Source: Antedon mediterranea
Lineage: Eukaryota; Animalia; Echinodermata
Direction: 5' to 3'
DNA length: 64,000 nucleotides
NCBI RefSeq assembly: GCF_964355755.1
Contig: NC_092673.1
Span: 20,395,648-20,459,647, forward strand
The notes under the pieces are model-generated. The model saw only the letters and a list, made by a program, of their open reading frames with translations, made no database searches and was not told the DNA's origin. Of the stretch, positions 11,558 through 26,800 are shown piece by piece (the first letter of the stretch is position 1; each line of letters opens with the position of its first letter). Position numbers and translations under genes: made by a program.

Positions 11558-14483
11558 TTAAGGTCGTATGCGAGATATACTGGCGTGCGTAGCGGGTAAA
11601 TACCCACTTAACTGTCGTAATGTGACGTAATCTCTCTTGGCCCTCTCTGTTTCATCTGCTGATGGGGGAAACCATACTTGGGTGTCGACGCTGGCTAAAT
11701 TTGTACCTACTGGAAGATTAGAACTGCTTATCTGTAAGAAATTATGAATAATATAATAATAATTATATAACAAATATTACTGTAAACTGTTGAATCAGCT
11801 TAAAACCCTGGATTTATTAGGTACTGTACCTATAATTTCCCAGTATCATAGCCAGATCTGTAATACAGCAGCGTATAAGTATCACATGTGACGCTTTTAT
11901 CATCGCTCATATGACAATACAGTACTACTACTACTATACTACAGTACCATTATACTTGATATATTGCCATCTGTACAGATACATTACAGAGAATCGGGTG
12001 AGTTCAGACAGAGTTAGCCAGATTAGACGCGATAAGTCCTTGTTAGAAACTATGTCATAGTACGTAATCACATTAATGTAATTTTTAGTTATAGTCCTCC
12101 CCCATAAACATTTTAAATTACGAGTATTTATACAAAATTATTATATTAATCACTTTGTATAAAAACATGAATTTGTTAAAAATAAAACTTACAATACTTT
12201 CTAATTGAGCGACTATATCTCTAATCTTGGATCGAAGTGACGTAAATCGGCTTCTATATCCGTTGTGGCCTCTGTAATTATCCTCATCTGCTATCACAAA
12301 GGTAAGTGCAGTGTCAAATATATTGATGTTTTCTCTGTATGTTTCAAGTAAATCCTGAGCCTATAAAATAAATATGAATGTAGGAATATTGTCACATTAT
12401 GAACATGTGTAGTTTGATGGCCATGCATTCCAACTCCAAGCTTTGGGGTCAATCATGACGGAGTTACAGGGGTTTAACCACTATGACGGTTTCTACTCCA
12501 CTCACTAGACTCAAGTAAATTTGAAGTTGGATATACGTATACTTAAACAGGGGTACATCAACAACGAAAGCTTTGGGGTCAATCATGACGGAGGGACAGG
12601 TGTTTAACCACCTACTCCACTGGTCTCAAAAGAGACTTATCAATAAAATGAATGTTGAAATTGGATATAGGGCACATACTGAAAAAGGAGTAAATCAACT
12701 ACGAAATTCATCAAATATGATTTCAAATAACCATACATCATTTAGGTACTATTTCTAAATATATATATTCTAAAATTAGACAGAGTAAAGTAAAACCTAC
12801 GTTTGCATTTTCTCGTTTGCCAAGCGGGAAATTGTGAATATTTGGAACTCCTAGAATAGTCCAATAGTAATAATTGACTTCTGGGCCGCTGATTCTTTCG
12901 TTTCTCTGAAAGAACATTCGATTTAATTAATTAATATTCATATAATATTAAAGATTGATATATATTATATATTATTATTATTATTATTATATTATATTAT
13001 TAATTAAAATCGATGCAAATATAAAAAAATTCGGCAGCGTATATCTTTATTATAAAAATATGGAACAAGCAGCCATTGGCTCAAACCGTAGACGTATAGA
13101 TATCATAAGCCACGTGATAAATAGTTTACAAAACTTAAAAATACCTAATCATCTCCCCGAATTGTATATTTTTGGCAAATTTGCAAGTTTTAATTCGCAT
13201 GGAAGAAACCATTCTCTCTTTTCTAAATACGGTTCGAGGAAGTAAAATAGTGCATACTCACGAAGTTAGACATAACAGTGTTCACTTCAATTGCAGTCGT
13301 GGATATAGATGACAGTATGCGGCTATATTGCTGTGCTAATGTTGCCGCTGGGGAACCCGCAGTCGTTAATGAAACCGTTACCGTTTCCGTGGTAATAGTG
13401 GTGGAAACCTCCGTCGGTGCAGAATCAGCAACCGCAAACAGAATACAAACTGTCAAGATATCTGAAACGGAACAGCATTATTAAGATTAGTTATTTCATT
13501 TTACAAAATAACGTTTTTAAACGTAATATAAGATGATCTTAGTCACAATATACATTGCCCGCATCAGTGAGTTAATAGCAGATCATAATTATGACGAATT
13601 TAGGCCTAATATCTTGGACAATTGCCAAAGTGAATGTGCCCAATATTAATTAATCTATTTGTACACATAAAACATGTTCAGGGATTTGTGTTTAAACCAC
13701 AAAACCGGAAATGTTTAAAAATACTACGAAGGACTTTCTATCTTTTATTATTATCCCTTGTTTGATAAAATAAGATGGCGGTATGTCTGAGAAATAATGT
13801 CGCGCAATATCTTATACTACACAATAAAATGTCTAACACATCTGAAGCATTCTCTTCAGTGAATAACTTTCAACTATAGTTCGTTTCTTAATTATATCTA
13901 CAAAATACCGTAATTGTATAGGTATAATTGCCAACCAAAGCCACCCCTTTCTCATAAATTTAGTAAAAAAAATCTATAGATTATTTTATTCTTCTTTTAA
14001 TTATTGACTATTTTAGTTAGATCTACTCGATACTTAATTGGTAAACCTTTCAATTGCAGATCGGTATTTTAAAACATATCGAGTAGGTACTTACAAGAAA
14101 CGTTCTAAGAATCTGTTAGATTGAAAATACTAATATTGTTCTGTTTTAACATCGAACAAACTAAACAAACCAATAAATGCATTATTAAACAATAATGCCA
14201 AACTATACTATCCCCAAAATATATTTACTAAAATGATGAATTACTCTGTAAGCACTATACACGTGGTACGGATTTATCATCAAATTTATTGTGTATCCCA
14301 TGGAAACACAGTTACTAACTGCGCATAAAATGTGCACACGAATGAAATAAAATAATGAGAAATGAAATGAACCTACACGGTTCGAACACGTTTTGACAAA
14401 CCGTAAAAGTTTTTCGCTGACGAAAAAGCTAATGTGCTTACAAAATAAACAAAACATTAATGTTCTTACTTACTTAGATACAT
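11558..14483 (-). CDS. CYT1: secreted long-chain class I helical cytokine-like protein (IL-6/IL-11/CNTF-like), 218 aa, 5 coding exons
   Basis: Exons 14474-14483 (ATGTATCTAA|gtaagt), 13262-13461, 12801-12905, 12193-12360, 11558-11731; all GT-AG, phases 1,0,0,0; 657 nt open. Protein: MYLNILTVCILFAVADS (signal) APTEVSTTITTETVTVSLTT...QQYSRILSSISTTAIEVNTVMSNF / RNERISGPEVNYYYWTILGVPNIHNFPLGKRENAN / AQDLLETYRENINIFDTALTFVIADEDNYRGHNGYRSRFTSLRSKIRDIVAQLESI / ISSSNL...ADETERAKRDYVTLRQLSGYLPATHASISRIRP*. Clear paralog of CYT2. Gene structure is seen directly; the cytokine fold is inferred. Confidence 0.85.
12438..12700. repeat. ~130 bp tandem duplication in CYT1 intron 3
   Basis: aagctttggggtcaatcatgacggag...gtttaaccac occurs at 12438 and 12568. 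Confidence 0.75.
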
Positions 14484-14607
14484 AGTAATAGAGTCAAGAT
14501 ATCCAGTAATGTGAAGTTTAAAAAATGACACCTTCCACAATCAGTGAGTGCAAATGTACTTCTCAAAATGTGTGATAATAATAATTTGGCATAATATTGC
14601 CATCGTC

Positions 14608-14634
14608 TTTATATACACCAAAGGAACCGGAAGT
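14608..14634 (-). promoter_or_regulatory. CYT1 core promoter: TATATAAA with an adjacent ETS site (ACCGGAAGT)
   Basis: TATATAAA on the minus strand at 14608-14615, ~125 nt upstream of the ATG; ACCGGAAGT at 14626-14634. Confidence 0.6.
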
Positions 14635-17264
14635 CAGCCAACTCCAACGCAAGGAACATCGAAGCGTGTCAAAAGAAAGCGGCTCACTTCTCAAGGGACG
14701 TTCTACATGTTGCTCACGAAATATTGGAAGTATCGTCTTAATCAATCCCAAGAGGCCGGTGGTTCGGTGATCCAGTGTTAACATTCCGTAACGTGTTCAT
14801 TAGAAGTTACTTTTCGCTGTTTTTATGTTAGTCTAGTAACCTTTAATATGGTTTAAAAGTGAAAAAACAACAAAACTGACTTAGGATGATTATTTGGCGG
14901 TCAAGTCTTGACGGATTAAGTCTACTCACACCTGGTTCGTCTTCATATCCAGAGTCATACGTCACAGCCATAAGCTACAGGATTACTTCAATTTTTACTT
15001 TGTCGTTGTGTTGTTAGTCAGTGTACGTGGTAATAGACAACCTGTTAATTGATAATTGATGATATACAACATTTCCGTTAAATTATTACACCACAAATGG
15101 AAGTAAAGACACGATCTTAAAAACACAATCTCACAGCAAACATCAACATTTGTGTATAATATTGCGATGACGAATGCTGTTATTTTTTGACAAAACATTT
15201 TTTTTAGTTGAACCTAAAGTTCCGTTTCGACCTAAAAGTACATCGATTACCCGTGTTAAACCACAAATGCCATGAACCTCTGAAGGGACAGCGAATCATT
15301 CTAAACACCCTTGATGAAACGAAATTACCTTACCTAACAAAACCTTAACAATAAACATATGTACGTTAATAGACATATTTTTTTCAATCATTATGTCCAC
15401 ACACAAAAAAATCACCGACTCACAATATCCCGTCACGAATAGAGTCTGATTGACCGCAAACGTTATTGCACCTAGCACCTAGCATGACCAAGGTAATTTC
15501 GCCCGCCTCAATGAAATGAGCTACAACATTAATAGTCATGTAAAGCAAACTCGTTTTCACGTTTCAAAAACCTCCATTCTTTTGTGCATGGATTGAGGTG
15601 GTATCATTATATCATCCTCACTAACTACCCATTTACCATATAGCAAAATACACCTGGTCTGATTCCAGCCTGTCCATCTTATCAACAGACCATTTTACAA
15701 ACAAGAACTGACAATTTTCTAGAGACAGTGATTTGTTATGAAACGTTTCGGTTAGTATTTTTCTTTCTCGTTTTTTTGTTACTCAAATTTGCAAGTTATG
15801 ATACAACATCGTTTCAAACTGTAACTGTCTTAGTTGAACTATAAATTGTTCTTCTTCTTCTTCGGTGTCAGAATGCTCAGAAGCGGATCAAACATAATGC
15901 ACTTATAATCCTATCGTTTACCAAGTAGCCATACAACATTCACATGGATTAACATCAATGTTATATCTATTTTGAAAGCATTTAAATCATCTTCTTGTGA
16001 GGTATGAGCCACTCACGTACATATTATAGTTAAACAGTCCATGCAATACCGTATCACATCATTCTGTAATTAGCATCATACATAATTAGCATCATAATTA
16101 AATACATATAATGTAAGAATAAGTAACTTTTTGTTTAAAGCACGTAAAACTATAACAATGGACAACAAATAATACCGCAACATGTTCAAAAAGTCTATTC
16201 AACCGTAAAGAGCACTTACTTACTTAATTCCATATACTTGACATGACAGAAATTCGCTGCGTAACACACAGACCCACGATTTGTTTTGTATTGTTTATCC
16301 TTGTTTGTTTTCTTTACAAAGTAACGAACATATTTACTTTATTGTTCACTCAATATATAAACCAATTTGATTGAATATAATATAAATAAATAATGGTCAT
16401 TAAAAAAAGATTCATCAGGCTTAGCGCCTAAACTTCTTTGCCTTCATTCCAGGTTGTACCACACGGATCTATAATACACAATGTTCTTATGATCAATTAC
16501 AGTACTAAGCAATTCAAAGGGTGAATCAGATATACTTTTGGAATTGGTGATTTATTAAATAATATTATTTAAACTACAATTATGCCTAACTAGGGGCCTA
16601 ACTCGAAACAAACTGTTAAATGTTATATATTCCACCATATACACCATTAAGTTAACTTCTAGTCACTGACCTATTTTAGGCTACATTGTTTTTGATTCAG
16701 AAATGATGTAGGAATGAGCCTTCGAATTTAAAAGAAGGGGAAATATTCCTTTAAAAAAGGGTACCATATGTTACAATTTGACATCTTAACCACTTTATTA
16801 TGACACTACACTCCCGGGGTATGACGACATGACTAACACAAATTGAATTCCATCACGATGTATTTTAGTTTTGTGTGCCTTGCACTTTAAAAAAAAAGGT
16901 TTTTGATGACAGAACTCAAATGGTGAACGATATCACATGCATCCACATTTTGTTGGTACGTTAAGCTCTGTTTACACTATCAAACTATTGTGTGACGTGC
17001 CCAAATAAGATAGTGATATGACATCATCATGTCCATTGGGCATATCACATTTAAAGTGAAGTGAACTTAAAAGTAAATACATAGTTAAGACATAATACAC
17101 AAGTTATAGACGTATGTTTTTAAGTGTGTTTAAATGCATTAGCACCTTAATATTTCATTTACGTATATTCAGTTTAATCTGTTTGAGATAATTTATATAG
17201 TGCGTAACGCAAGTGACGGGATATGATTGGCCAAATTGCATTGCGCGTATCGTCCTTGTAGTTT

Positions 17265-17368
17265 TCCTATGTTGGAACCAAGCTTTCGTATCGTCCTTGT
17301 AGTTTTCCTATGTGGGAACCAAGCTTTCGTATCGTCCTTGTAGTTTTCCTATGTGGGAACCAAGCTTT
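17265..17368. repeat. 40-bp tandem repeat derived from a MITE family 2 end
   Basis: cgtatcgtccttgtagttttcctatgtgggaaccaagcttt occurs about three times. Confidence 0.85.
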
Positions 17369-20300
17369 AATAACCAATGCTAAAGTTACATTGTTATACA
17401 CAACAATTTAATTACCGTAAAAAATGTCAAAATGTAGATTTTAGTCCGACTTTGGTGGGAATATACTTGACATGGTGACCATATTGTTTTCAACGGAAGG
17501 TCAATATGCTATAACAATTCGTTCCGTTTTCGAGAGGATAATGATATTGCATGAAGTTACTGGTACCTTGCCGCGGCGGAATGCGCTTACACGCCACGCG
17601 GTCAACTCAAATGTAAGCTGACATACTAAAGACGTAACTTATTGAGTGGATTAAATAAAATATTAGTAAAGGGATGATTGTTTTGATGGCCTAATATGTG
17701 GTTTATGAGACCGCTGAAGGAGGATACAGTGTTAAGTACCGTAACTCACAGGTGGTGTGGGAGCTTCGTCCCAGGTTCACACGAACACACTATTACGTAA
17801 TCAATATAATTAAATAAATATAAAAAGTAAATCAACAATCATACAACTCATTTACATAATAATGATAATTATTGAATTAATAAAATAGACTCCATCGGTC
17901 GACATAATAATAAGCACATTTTTATGCATGTCTTTTGCGATATCGACATTTTTTCTCGAATATAATATCCGGTATAATCTATTCATAATGTGTGCAAATT
18001 ATACATTAATTTCTATTAACCATTATTTTGAACTTCATTAGGCTGAGGTCAAAGGTCAATATCACTATATATAATTTCAATGTCACACAACATTCTCACG
18101 TAATCTAATTTTATTACTAATAAATGTATACGTGTAAGTATTTTTAAAAATTTGTCGAATGCTCAGTGGCCATTGACTTGAACAATGCAGCCTAATTCAA
18201 TTCAATTCAGGTTTATTAAAAAATATACTAAGTGCTATTGCACAATAGTCTGAATTGTGCCAAATTAACATTATAAAAAGTACCCATAACAAAATATAAA
18301 ATTCCATTTAAAAGTTTATCCAAATATAAAATATGTACAAATCTAAAAATAAAAACTTAACATACATCACAAAACAAACTAACATTACATTTAGAATATC
18401 GCTAAAACACAATTTATTCCAGGCAAACACATTTAAAATGTGTTCCTTTGTAAAGCAATTTAACGCATAGTGTAATTTAGTAAAAGTACAATTTGTAAAC
18501 TTAATGTTCTTTGTGTTCAAGGATCATGTAACATTCTTTTGGCCACCTTTGAACAATCATTCCATGACCCCAATGTGATACATTTTTTTTTTAATCAAAA
18601 AAAAAAACTTACCTCAAAGTAATTCGCCACGATCCATTTCAGAGGTTTACTCGCTGGCATACAACCAAACGCCTACCACAATCTATTTCCAAAAATAATA
18701 TTTATAATATTGTGGTTACAACAGAAAATTATGATACTATCATTAAGTACGATGCCAGGGGACCACTAATTTAAAAGATGTATCAAGAGAAAATGAACAT
18801 TTTACATAAAAATAGTTGAAAATTCACTTGTTTAAGTGTCACATTCTATTGAATGTTTCGTTTATGAATAACGTGGAAATTAAGATACACAGTACTGGAC
18901 ACCGTAACACACTTATAATTATGTTCAAAATTACTAAACACTGGTATCTGAATTACCTGTTTAATAATACTAATAATAATTTATTGCAATAGGCCTAACA
19001 CGCACACGCACTAATTCAAATCTCTATTTTCTACAATAACGAATGCACCTGGTCAATCATTCACTTCCCTTGGATATTTGTGGTTATAAAATAAAATTAA
19101 TTATTATAACTAAGAGTATTAACAAGTTTGATTTAATACAAAAATTAACTTTTAAACTATTGTGATAATTCCGCCTACCTGTTATGGAAAACAACTTATT
19201 TCCATATACCTTGATAATAATTATGTTATTACATCGTAGGCGTAACAGATGTACAGACCCAAGTATATACTTAAGTTATATTATACCTTTTGACATGTTT
19301 AATAAAGCAAATCTCAGTGCTGTAGTGCAAACTGATAATAATTTTCGATTATAAAATATTCAAGCACATGGTAAATAAATTATCCGAAAGTGGATATTGT
19401 GTGTGATTTATTTTGACATAGATAAGCTGCTCTTCAATGCAATAAATAAGTGAAGCAAGTACAGTACAGGTATGTTCACATTTAAAAGTTGTTTTCTATA
19501 CTCAGACATTCCAGGATATTTTAAGAAGGACTTCTGTAGAACCTGTTGTGTGTGAGTGGCTGTGCATTGTCATTTCACATTTTTGTTCTTCATAAGAAAG
19601 ATTACAACAACAAAAGAAGAAAAATTCATAGTATTTTATTTACACTTGTAAAATACTCAGGTGTAATTGAAAAGAATGAAACAAGAACAAAAGTGGTTGC
19701 AATTGTTAGTAGAATTAAAAATCTACAAAAGAGCTATTGTTATAATATCAAATTAATTTCAGTAGGCCGGTCGGTTCTGGTGCTTGAATACATACACATA
19801 CAACCTATTTAAAACAATATGAACATTTATTTGTTAAATAAATAAATAATCTGTAACATTTTACATAAGATTACAAGCCCGTAACTAGGATTTTTACTTT
19901 TTTCGCAAAAAAATGGAGAAATGCAAGCGTAAAGAAAAAAAAAGATTTTGGCCTAGCTTATTAGATAAAAGTAATTTGCATGTTATCTATGAAGGAATGG
20001 CCAAAAATGTTCATGAGTTATGCCTCTTTATTAGAACTTTTGCTGCTGTTTGTAAGGGGCACTTCTGGAAAAATTAAGAATAAAAAATAAAGGAGGGGGG
20101 TGTCTTTCGTACCCTACGAGCCCCAGTGGCTACGGGCATGGATTGCTATGATGTATTGAACATAAGGCAAGTTTAAATCCAACGAAAGAAGAAGAAAAAC
20201 ATATAATCGAGAAATGAAGAGTTTAAACCCGCGACTACTAAACTTTACTGCTATTAGGGTCTATTTGTTCATTTTAAAAATTCGTTTGTTGTAAAAAAAA

Positions 20301-23300
20301 TCACTAGGCCTAGAAATCCTGTATTGATTCATACATTCTTGATTTGCACTCTCGTGGATGCTCGTAAAAAGTCCGCCATGTATTCTAAATATTTTCTGTC
20401 TGTTTATCGATTTTTTAAAGTGATTTGCAATCCATGTTATATCACACATGTTCTGTTCACAATGTATGTCCAATTAAGTAGCCTAATACTGTCATACAAT
20501 AAATATTTTGTAGTTTAGTACTAAAATGTAATTAAATAGACCTACAAGGGTTGTGGGAAAGTACGGTTAAACCAATAGGTGTGTAATAATGTTGATAACA
20601 CGATTTCATTTTATTTATGTATTAAATAGAGATTGGAATACAATCTTCCCTGATTAGGCCCTCTTACCAGTTACGACAATTTATTATATCATAAAACAAT
20701 AAATTAAATGAAATTAACAAACAGGAAAACAAACTTCCAAGTTTGAAGGTCAGTCTCAATAACTTAACAGCTTCGAAAAAACATGTTGCAAAAACACATT
20801 TTAATGTTCTCCTTTGGGATATTATCCTGAATATTATCTGATAATATAAACGGTAGTTATTATTTTTATATTCCAAAAGGGAAAACTAGTATTCAATAAA
20901 TTGTACTGAACGAAATTAATGAAATAACTGTCGGTCAAGTTATTGTGCAACCTGCCTACAATTGCTGCTATAAAATGGAAAATGTGTGAACGAATGAATG
21001 AAAAAGTTACTTATTACTATTTTAATTCGATAAAATAATAGCATTATTCAATATTAATGTCAATAAATAGATTATTTATTCAATATAATAAGACAAATTT
21101 TACAATATAAAAAACCAACAAAAAACAATAAAATAAGCAAAAGGTCAAGAATAGGGTTTTATAGAAAATGGAGAGTGATATTGAGATTTGTTAAACATTA
21201 ATAATTAATAATAAAATAATAGTAATATTTATGTCAATAAATAGTAGTTATTTACCGTACTAATTATTCAGTTAAATAATGTATAATATATTTAAAAGAA
21301 AAAAGTAGATGAAAAGTGCCAACAAATTGTAAGCCACTGTCAACAAGTTATAACTTGTCATTTACCATTTCGTTGCGGCTAGAAATAGTTAATGTGAAAT
21401 TTGATTTACAAGAATAACGAATACACTCGTGAATTACTATAAACACCTATTAATTACTTTTAATTATTTAACGTAAAAATGACCATACTCTTTAAAAATA
21501 AAGAGTTTCAGCTCGTTGGAATTGATATATACATGATACTTAACCGGCCAATCACAATCACATACTGAAACTGATGCGGTACTACGTCATCTCTCCAAAC
21601 GAAAAGATTCAGAGAAATAATGACGAGAATAATTATTTTATTGCAATCTTCTTTAATAGTAGAATGTTTACTAATTAATGCCCAATTGACGTAATTGAAT
21701 TTGTTTTTGGTAACAGGTGCATATTAAACTTTGGAAAAATACCAGAGATTCAATACACTCTTTTAGTTTAATATGCATTCATTTAAAAAAAGCATTTTTT
21801 TAGACGGACACTAACCTCTCAAGGTTTATATGTCTTATGTTATATTTTATTTATTTGATACAGAATGCAGATGACGTTATGCTGACTGTACATTTGTATA
21901 CAAACTATTAAGAACACGTTATGTATAACACCAATACGTAATGAATAGTTCCCTAGCCATTTGCCATGCTTACAACGGCTTACCTTTCCACCTGTGTGTC
22001 GTCACGAGTATTTCGCATCTGAAATCAATATTTCATGATTGTCTTGTCAACCTGTTGCATGATGTCATGTTTCTTATATTTTCACATGAGATGGACATGG
22101 ATACCTTGCGTCAACAAACCATTTTAAAAGTGTTTTTAACGGTTTGTCCTTGTGTGCAAATATTTTTCTCTCCCAGGAACTTAATTATTGGATATGGTAT
22201 CTGAATCTTCCAATTTAACTTTGCCATTAAAGTGTATTGTTATACATGTGTGGGTAAACGTCTACTTATATATCATTATCATGAAAAACTAAATGACATA
22301 TTTTGAAGCCGACTGTCTGTATTCATTAAAAATAGCTTAAAACTTTCACAAAAATAGAATTATTAAATTGGCATAGGAATGGACTCAATTAGTCTTGGTT
22401 CTAGACCGAAATTCATATGTATAATACTTGAGATCACATTTTCGTAATTTTCAGACAAAAATCGAAACGCCGACTGGTGGACTAACAACAAAGACAATAA
22501 CTACATACTTATTGGGCAAGTCTAGCACTCAATGTATCTCAATCTTATAATGTTACTCTGTAAGATTGGCTTCTAATGGAAGAGAATTATTATCAGTTAA
22601 AGACATATTTGTCCCACTGAGGTTGAATTTAACCGGTTATTTGTCTTTTATGAGTGAAAAACTTATATTTGTTTGTTTTTTTCTACAAAAGTGACTTTAT
22701 TAAAACTTCAATTTTTTTTTTTTTTTTTTAATAACCTTCTTTTTTCATGTTTTTGGGGAACAATACATTTCTAACTATTTTTGTTCTAAATTTAGTATAA
22801 AAAACTATAAAATCAACATCCGTTGTGAATATTCCCCAGATGTGCTAGTTTAAGAAGGCAGTACAAACAAAATAATTTATAAAGTCTCAAGATACTATTG
22901 ACTGAGTAGGTCAGGTTTACCGGTAGCTAAAATCCTGTACTTTTACCACAGTCGTATGTTTATCATTGACTTCACGTGGTACGCAATAAGAAGTAAAATC
23001 CTAAAGTTAATATCTTGGTTTCGGCATCTTTTAAATAAACATATTACTTATCACCCACAGATTAAAAAATTTCACTAATACAACTAACTAATCGGTGTTA
23101 TATCTATAGAGATAGAATATTAAGAAGTGAGTTTCCACCATTTAATTCGTTACGTATTGAAGTTTGTATTCTCGGAAAGAAAAACCTACCGCAGAATTAT
23201 ATGTAAGTTTGTGGGTCAGCAGAGATTTAACAATGGTTTAGGTTGAAACTCTTGCATCACGGAACATTACTACACGTCTAGACTAGCGTACACTTTCAAG

Positions 23301-23569
23301 GGGAAATGCTTATTTGATTTTATAATCCAAATTGTGTCACTAACGTTAATTTTTTTAGCCGATTACAGATTATGTTATCAAATACGAATTATTATGCATA
23401 CTCACTCCAGGATATAATTGATGCGAAAACGTGTTATACCCATAATAGGCATAAACTAAACATATTGTATTATTATAATAATCTTTTACATTAATTTTGT
23501 CTTGATTTTATAATACAGTATTATGATATCTATTCATAGTTAGTTTCCCTACTACGCGCATTGGGACAC

Positions 23570-23805
23570 TCGTTTTTCGCGCGCATACAAAGTCGTATTA
23601 CTAATATCACTGTTTGAACGCGCGCGTACAAAGCCATATACGTACCATCAACTATCAATGTTTGAACACGCAACAAAGCCATATACGTATCATCAAATAT
23701 CAATGTTTGAACGCGCGCGTACAAAGCCATATACGTACTATCAACTAGCAATGTTTGAACGCGTGTGTAAAAAGCCATATTATACTGTTTGAACGCGCGC
23801 GTATA
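23570..23805. repeat. ~50-57 bp tandem repeat
   Basis: tgtttgaacgcgcgcgtacaaagccatatacgta... in 4-5 copies. Confidence 0.85.
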
Positions 23806-26800
23806 TGAAACTATTTATGACAATCTTCGAAAATCTTACCGGTATCAAATTCGTATAAAATACCAAACTCACTAGAGGATTACATCCAGGTCATATAATT
23901 GATACTTATCGGAGGAAATTAGTTATCAAGTTATACTCGATAGGCTATACTGTGGTAGATTGGGCCGCTATTTGGAATATATTTGGTTATACAATGACGT
24001 AAGTGAAAGTTTGTGGGTCTGTGATACATATTGGGTTTTCTTTGTTTTTCTTTGTTAAGTATTGTTTTGCTCGAATATTATATTTTTTATTACCCTCACT
24101 GTTTTTGAAAGATAATTTTTAAAATTACAACTTAGATAGACACTAGATATCCCCGTGACGATCCTAATTTTAACAATTTAAGAATTAGGGTAGCCACAAA
24201 GACTTTACTTTTATAGAAAAGAAAAGACAAAATATTCAGTTTTCTAAATTAAACTATTAAAAAAAGTTGTTTTCTTCCTCTCAATACTTTAATCCTGGTG
24301 TGCATAATCACAACTAGGTTAGTTTTGTTTTCAATTAACAGCGTGAAAACTATTTAAAGACAATTCTAAATGTAATGTCACGTTCCTATAATTTGTCCAT
24401 ATTTTCAAGTTGTACCACCACCAGTAGAAAAGGCGCAACATTTAAATGAGTTACAATGAAAACTGGGTCCAATATAATTGGTTACAACAAAAAGAATGAC
24501 AGTACATTCTTTACAATTTTACTCCTCCCTGATAAACTAACATTGTGCATACATGTTTACTTTCACACAAATTAATGTCAAAACAAGCAACCACATAATA
24601 CAGTTTATTTGATGTATCCTTATTAAAGTTACCCATGTAATTATTAACCAAAAACCGATTCTTTCCTATAAAAATCACATGATAGAATGGAACAAAGAGG
24701 GTGGGCTTGAACGTGACTGGTGAATTCTAATACATAATGAAGTGGATACCTCTCAAGGGTTTTGACGTCCACGTATCATGATTGAAATCGGAAAGGAAAT
24801 AAGGGTAGGCCTAATAATAATAATTAAATACTTCAAAAATATGACACAGACACAGGTAAAATATCGGGCAGTTTGTTTTATGTACTTTTACAAATCCCAG
24901 GAGTTACATGATTCTTTTGATGACCATTCGACGTCCGCTCTGTCACCTTGACTTGGGGTCATTTGTGGTGAGGCGCAGTGTATTCAACAGCACCGCACTC
25001 ATGTTCATATGTAATTGGTCGGTTGCGAAACACGATTAGTATTTCTTCATCTATTGTATGGTACTTCAGGCCTATGAAATTACACAGTGTGATATGGTGT
25101 GAACTGTCACACATGCATCGCAGTTTTATAGATATAGACGGTGGGCTGACGTTTTGGTAATTATCCTAGACACACAGATAAACCCATTGTCACGTCTTCA
25201 TATATTTCCTATTGAAACCTAACTCGATTCGCAATCCTTCTTAAGGGAAATATCTCGATATCATGCTGCTACGATTGACGCACATACCATTATTTTCTTT
25301 GAATATCGTCTACAGTTTTATATAGACTATAGGCCTATTACCAAGCCTTAATTTTTGAAATTTCCCCACCCTCTCAATTACTAATAATAACACCCAACGC
25401 GACCAGTGGTAGGTTATGACTTATTCTTACGAGGCCTAAAAGCCCTTTTTGTTGTAACAATTATAATTTATAATGCAGCGTTCGTTGATTTTACTTAGTT
25501 TTTATTCTTCTGAAACAAAATAATATAAACACTGAAGACATCTTAAATATGGGCATATATGACATTACACTCTCCCTTATTCAATTTGTTGCAGATAAAA
25601 CATAACATCGTCACCATATAAATCAAAAGTATATGCAAATGAATAGTTTTTGCAGTCAAATTATAATATTAAAACGGGGTTGAGTTGTTACAGATCAATG
25701 ATCTCATTAATTACCGTAGCCTATACAACCTTACACCAATCTGTACCAAGCCAAAGGAGATTCAACTATTAATGGACTTATTATTTAGTGCAGTTTCAGG
25801 ATATAGGCCTAAATGGGGAAAAGATTATTAGGTCAGTGCCTTAGATTAAAGCTTTTTTTTATACAAAATGTCTGTTTTCTTATTTATTAGTAGTATTTTG
25901 GGAGCTTGTACCAGGAGTGAAATGAATTCTAAATGGGGTTAACTAAAGAAACAATACCCATTTTAATGGGTGCGTGTCTGCAAAAGGTCTTATGACGTAT
26001 TAGATAAGCGATTATAGAGTACGGGAGACCAGACAGTTATTAAAGACACACAGTTTATAGAAACGATAATTCTCGGCGGCTGATTTTTATCACATTATTT
26101 ATGTTTAATCTTGAGAGATTAGTCTAACATTTTACAACATTAAAGTTTGTTCAACCAGGGCAGAGTGAAATTACAATTGCATAATTGATTCCGACATGTA
26201 TACCTTATGTATGTTTATCATTTGGTAGCAATTGTTCATGTTACCTACCTAAATTAACTTTGTTTTTTACATAAAATGACACAAACATTGAGCCAAACGT
26301 GTCTGTATCTGATATTATTAGCTGTCAAATACTTAAAGGTTGATTCACACCAGATTCAGAAAACATTTTCTGTTCAAACACGCATTCACATTTAGAAGTT
26401 TAACCACGCATTCAAACTTGTCCTATAGTGAATACTGCAGCTTATTGCCTTTTAATATACGAGAAATATCTCAGTGTGAATGGGTATTATTTACCCGATC
26501 TAAATTTCTTCTTTTCTCATCCATACCAACCCAATTCTGATTCTTAGTGTGAACGTTACGTTAATTTCTTTTAATTATGACTACACCCACATATTCACAA
26601 AGCCCAGCCAACTTCCGAATGTTCCTATATAGATATAATAAAAATGGTAACTGACGTATTTAGTCTGCCCATATTATTTGATATATGCACCTGGTATTTT
26701 CTAATATATATTAAATTAGGCTATAAATTTCTAATTAAATAATAAATGGTGATGCAGTATATAGGTCGAATGCAAATATTATCTAGCAACCTAGACACCG

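Noticed and set aside
13278-13484. Plus-strand 68-aa ORF
   Set aside because: Antisense shadow of CYT1 exon 2.
18613-18660. Minus-strand mini ORF MPASKPLKWIVANYFE with a strong donor GAG|gtaagt (possible fifth cytokine gene)
   Set aside because: Phase 0, no signal peptide, and no downstream exons resembling the paralogs were found.
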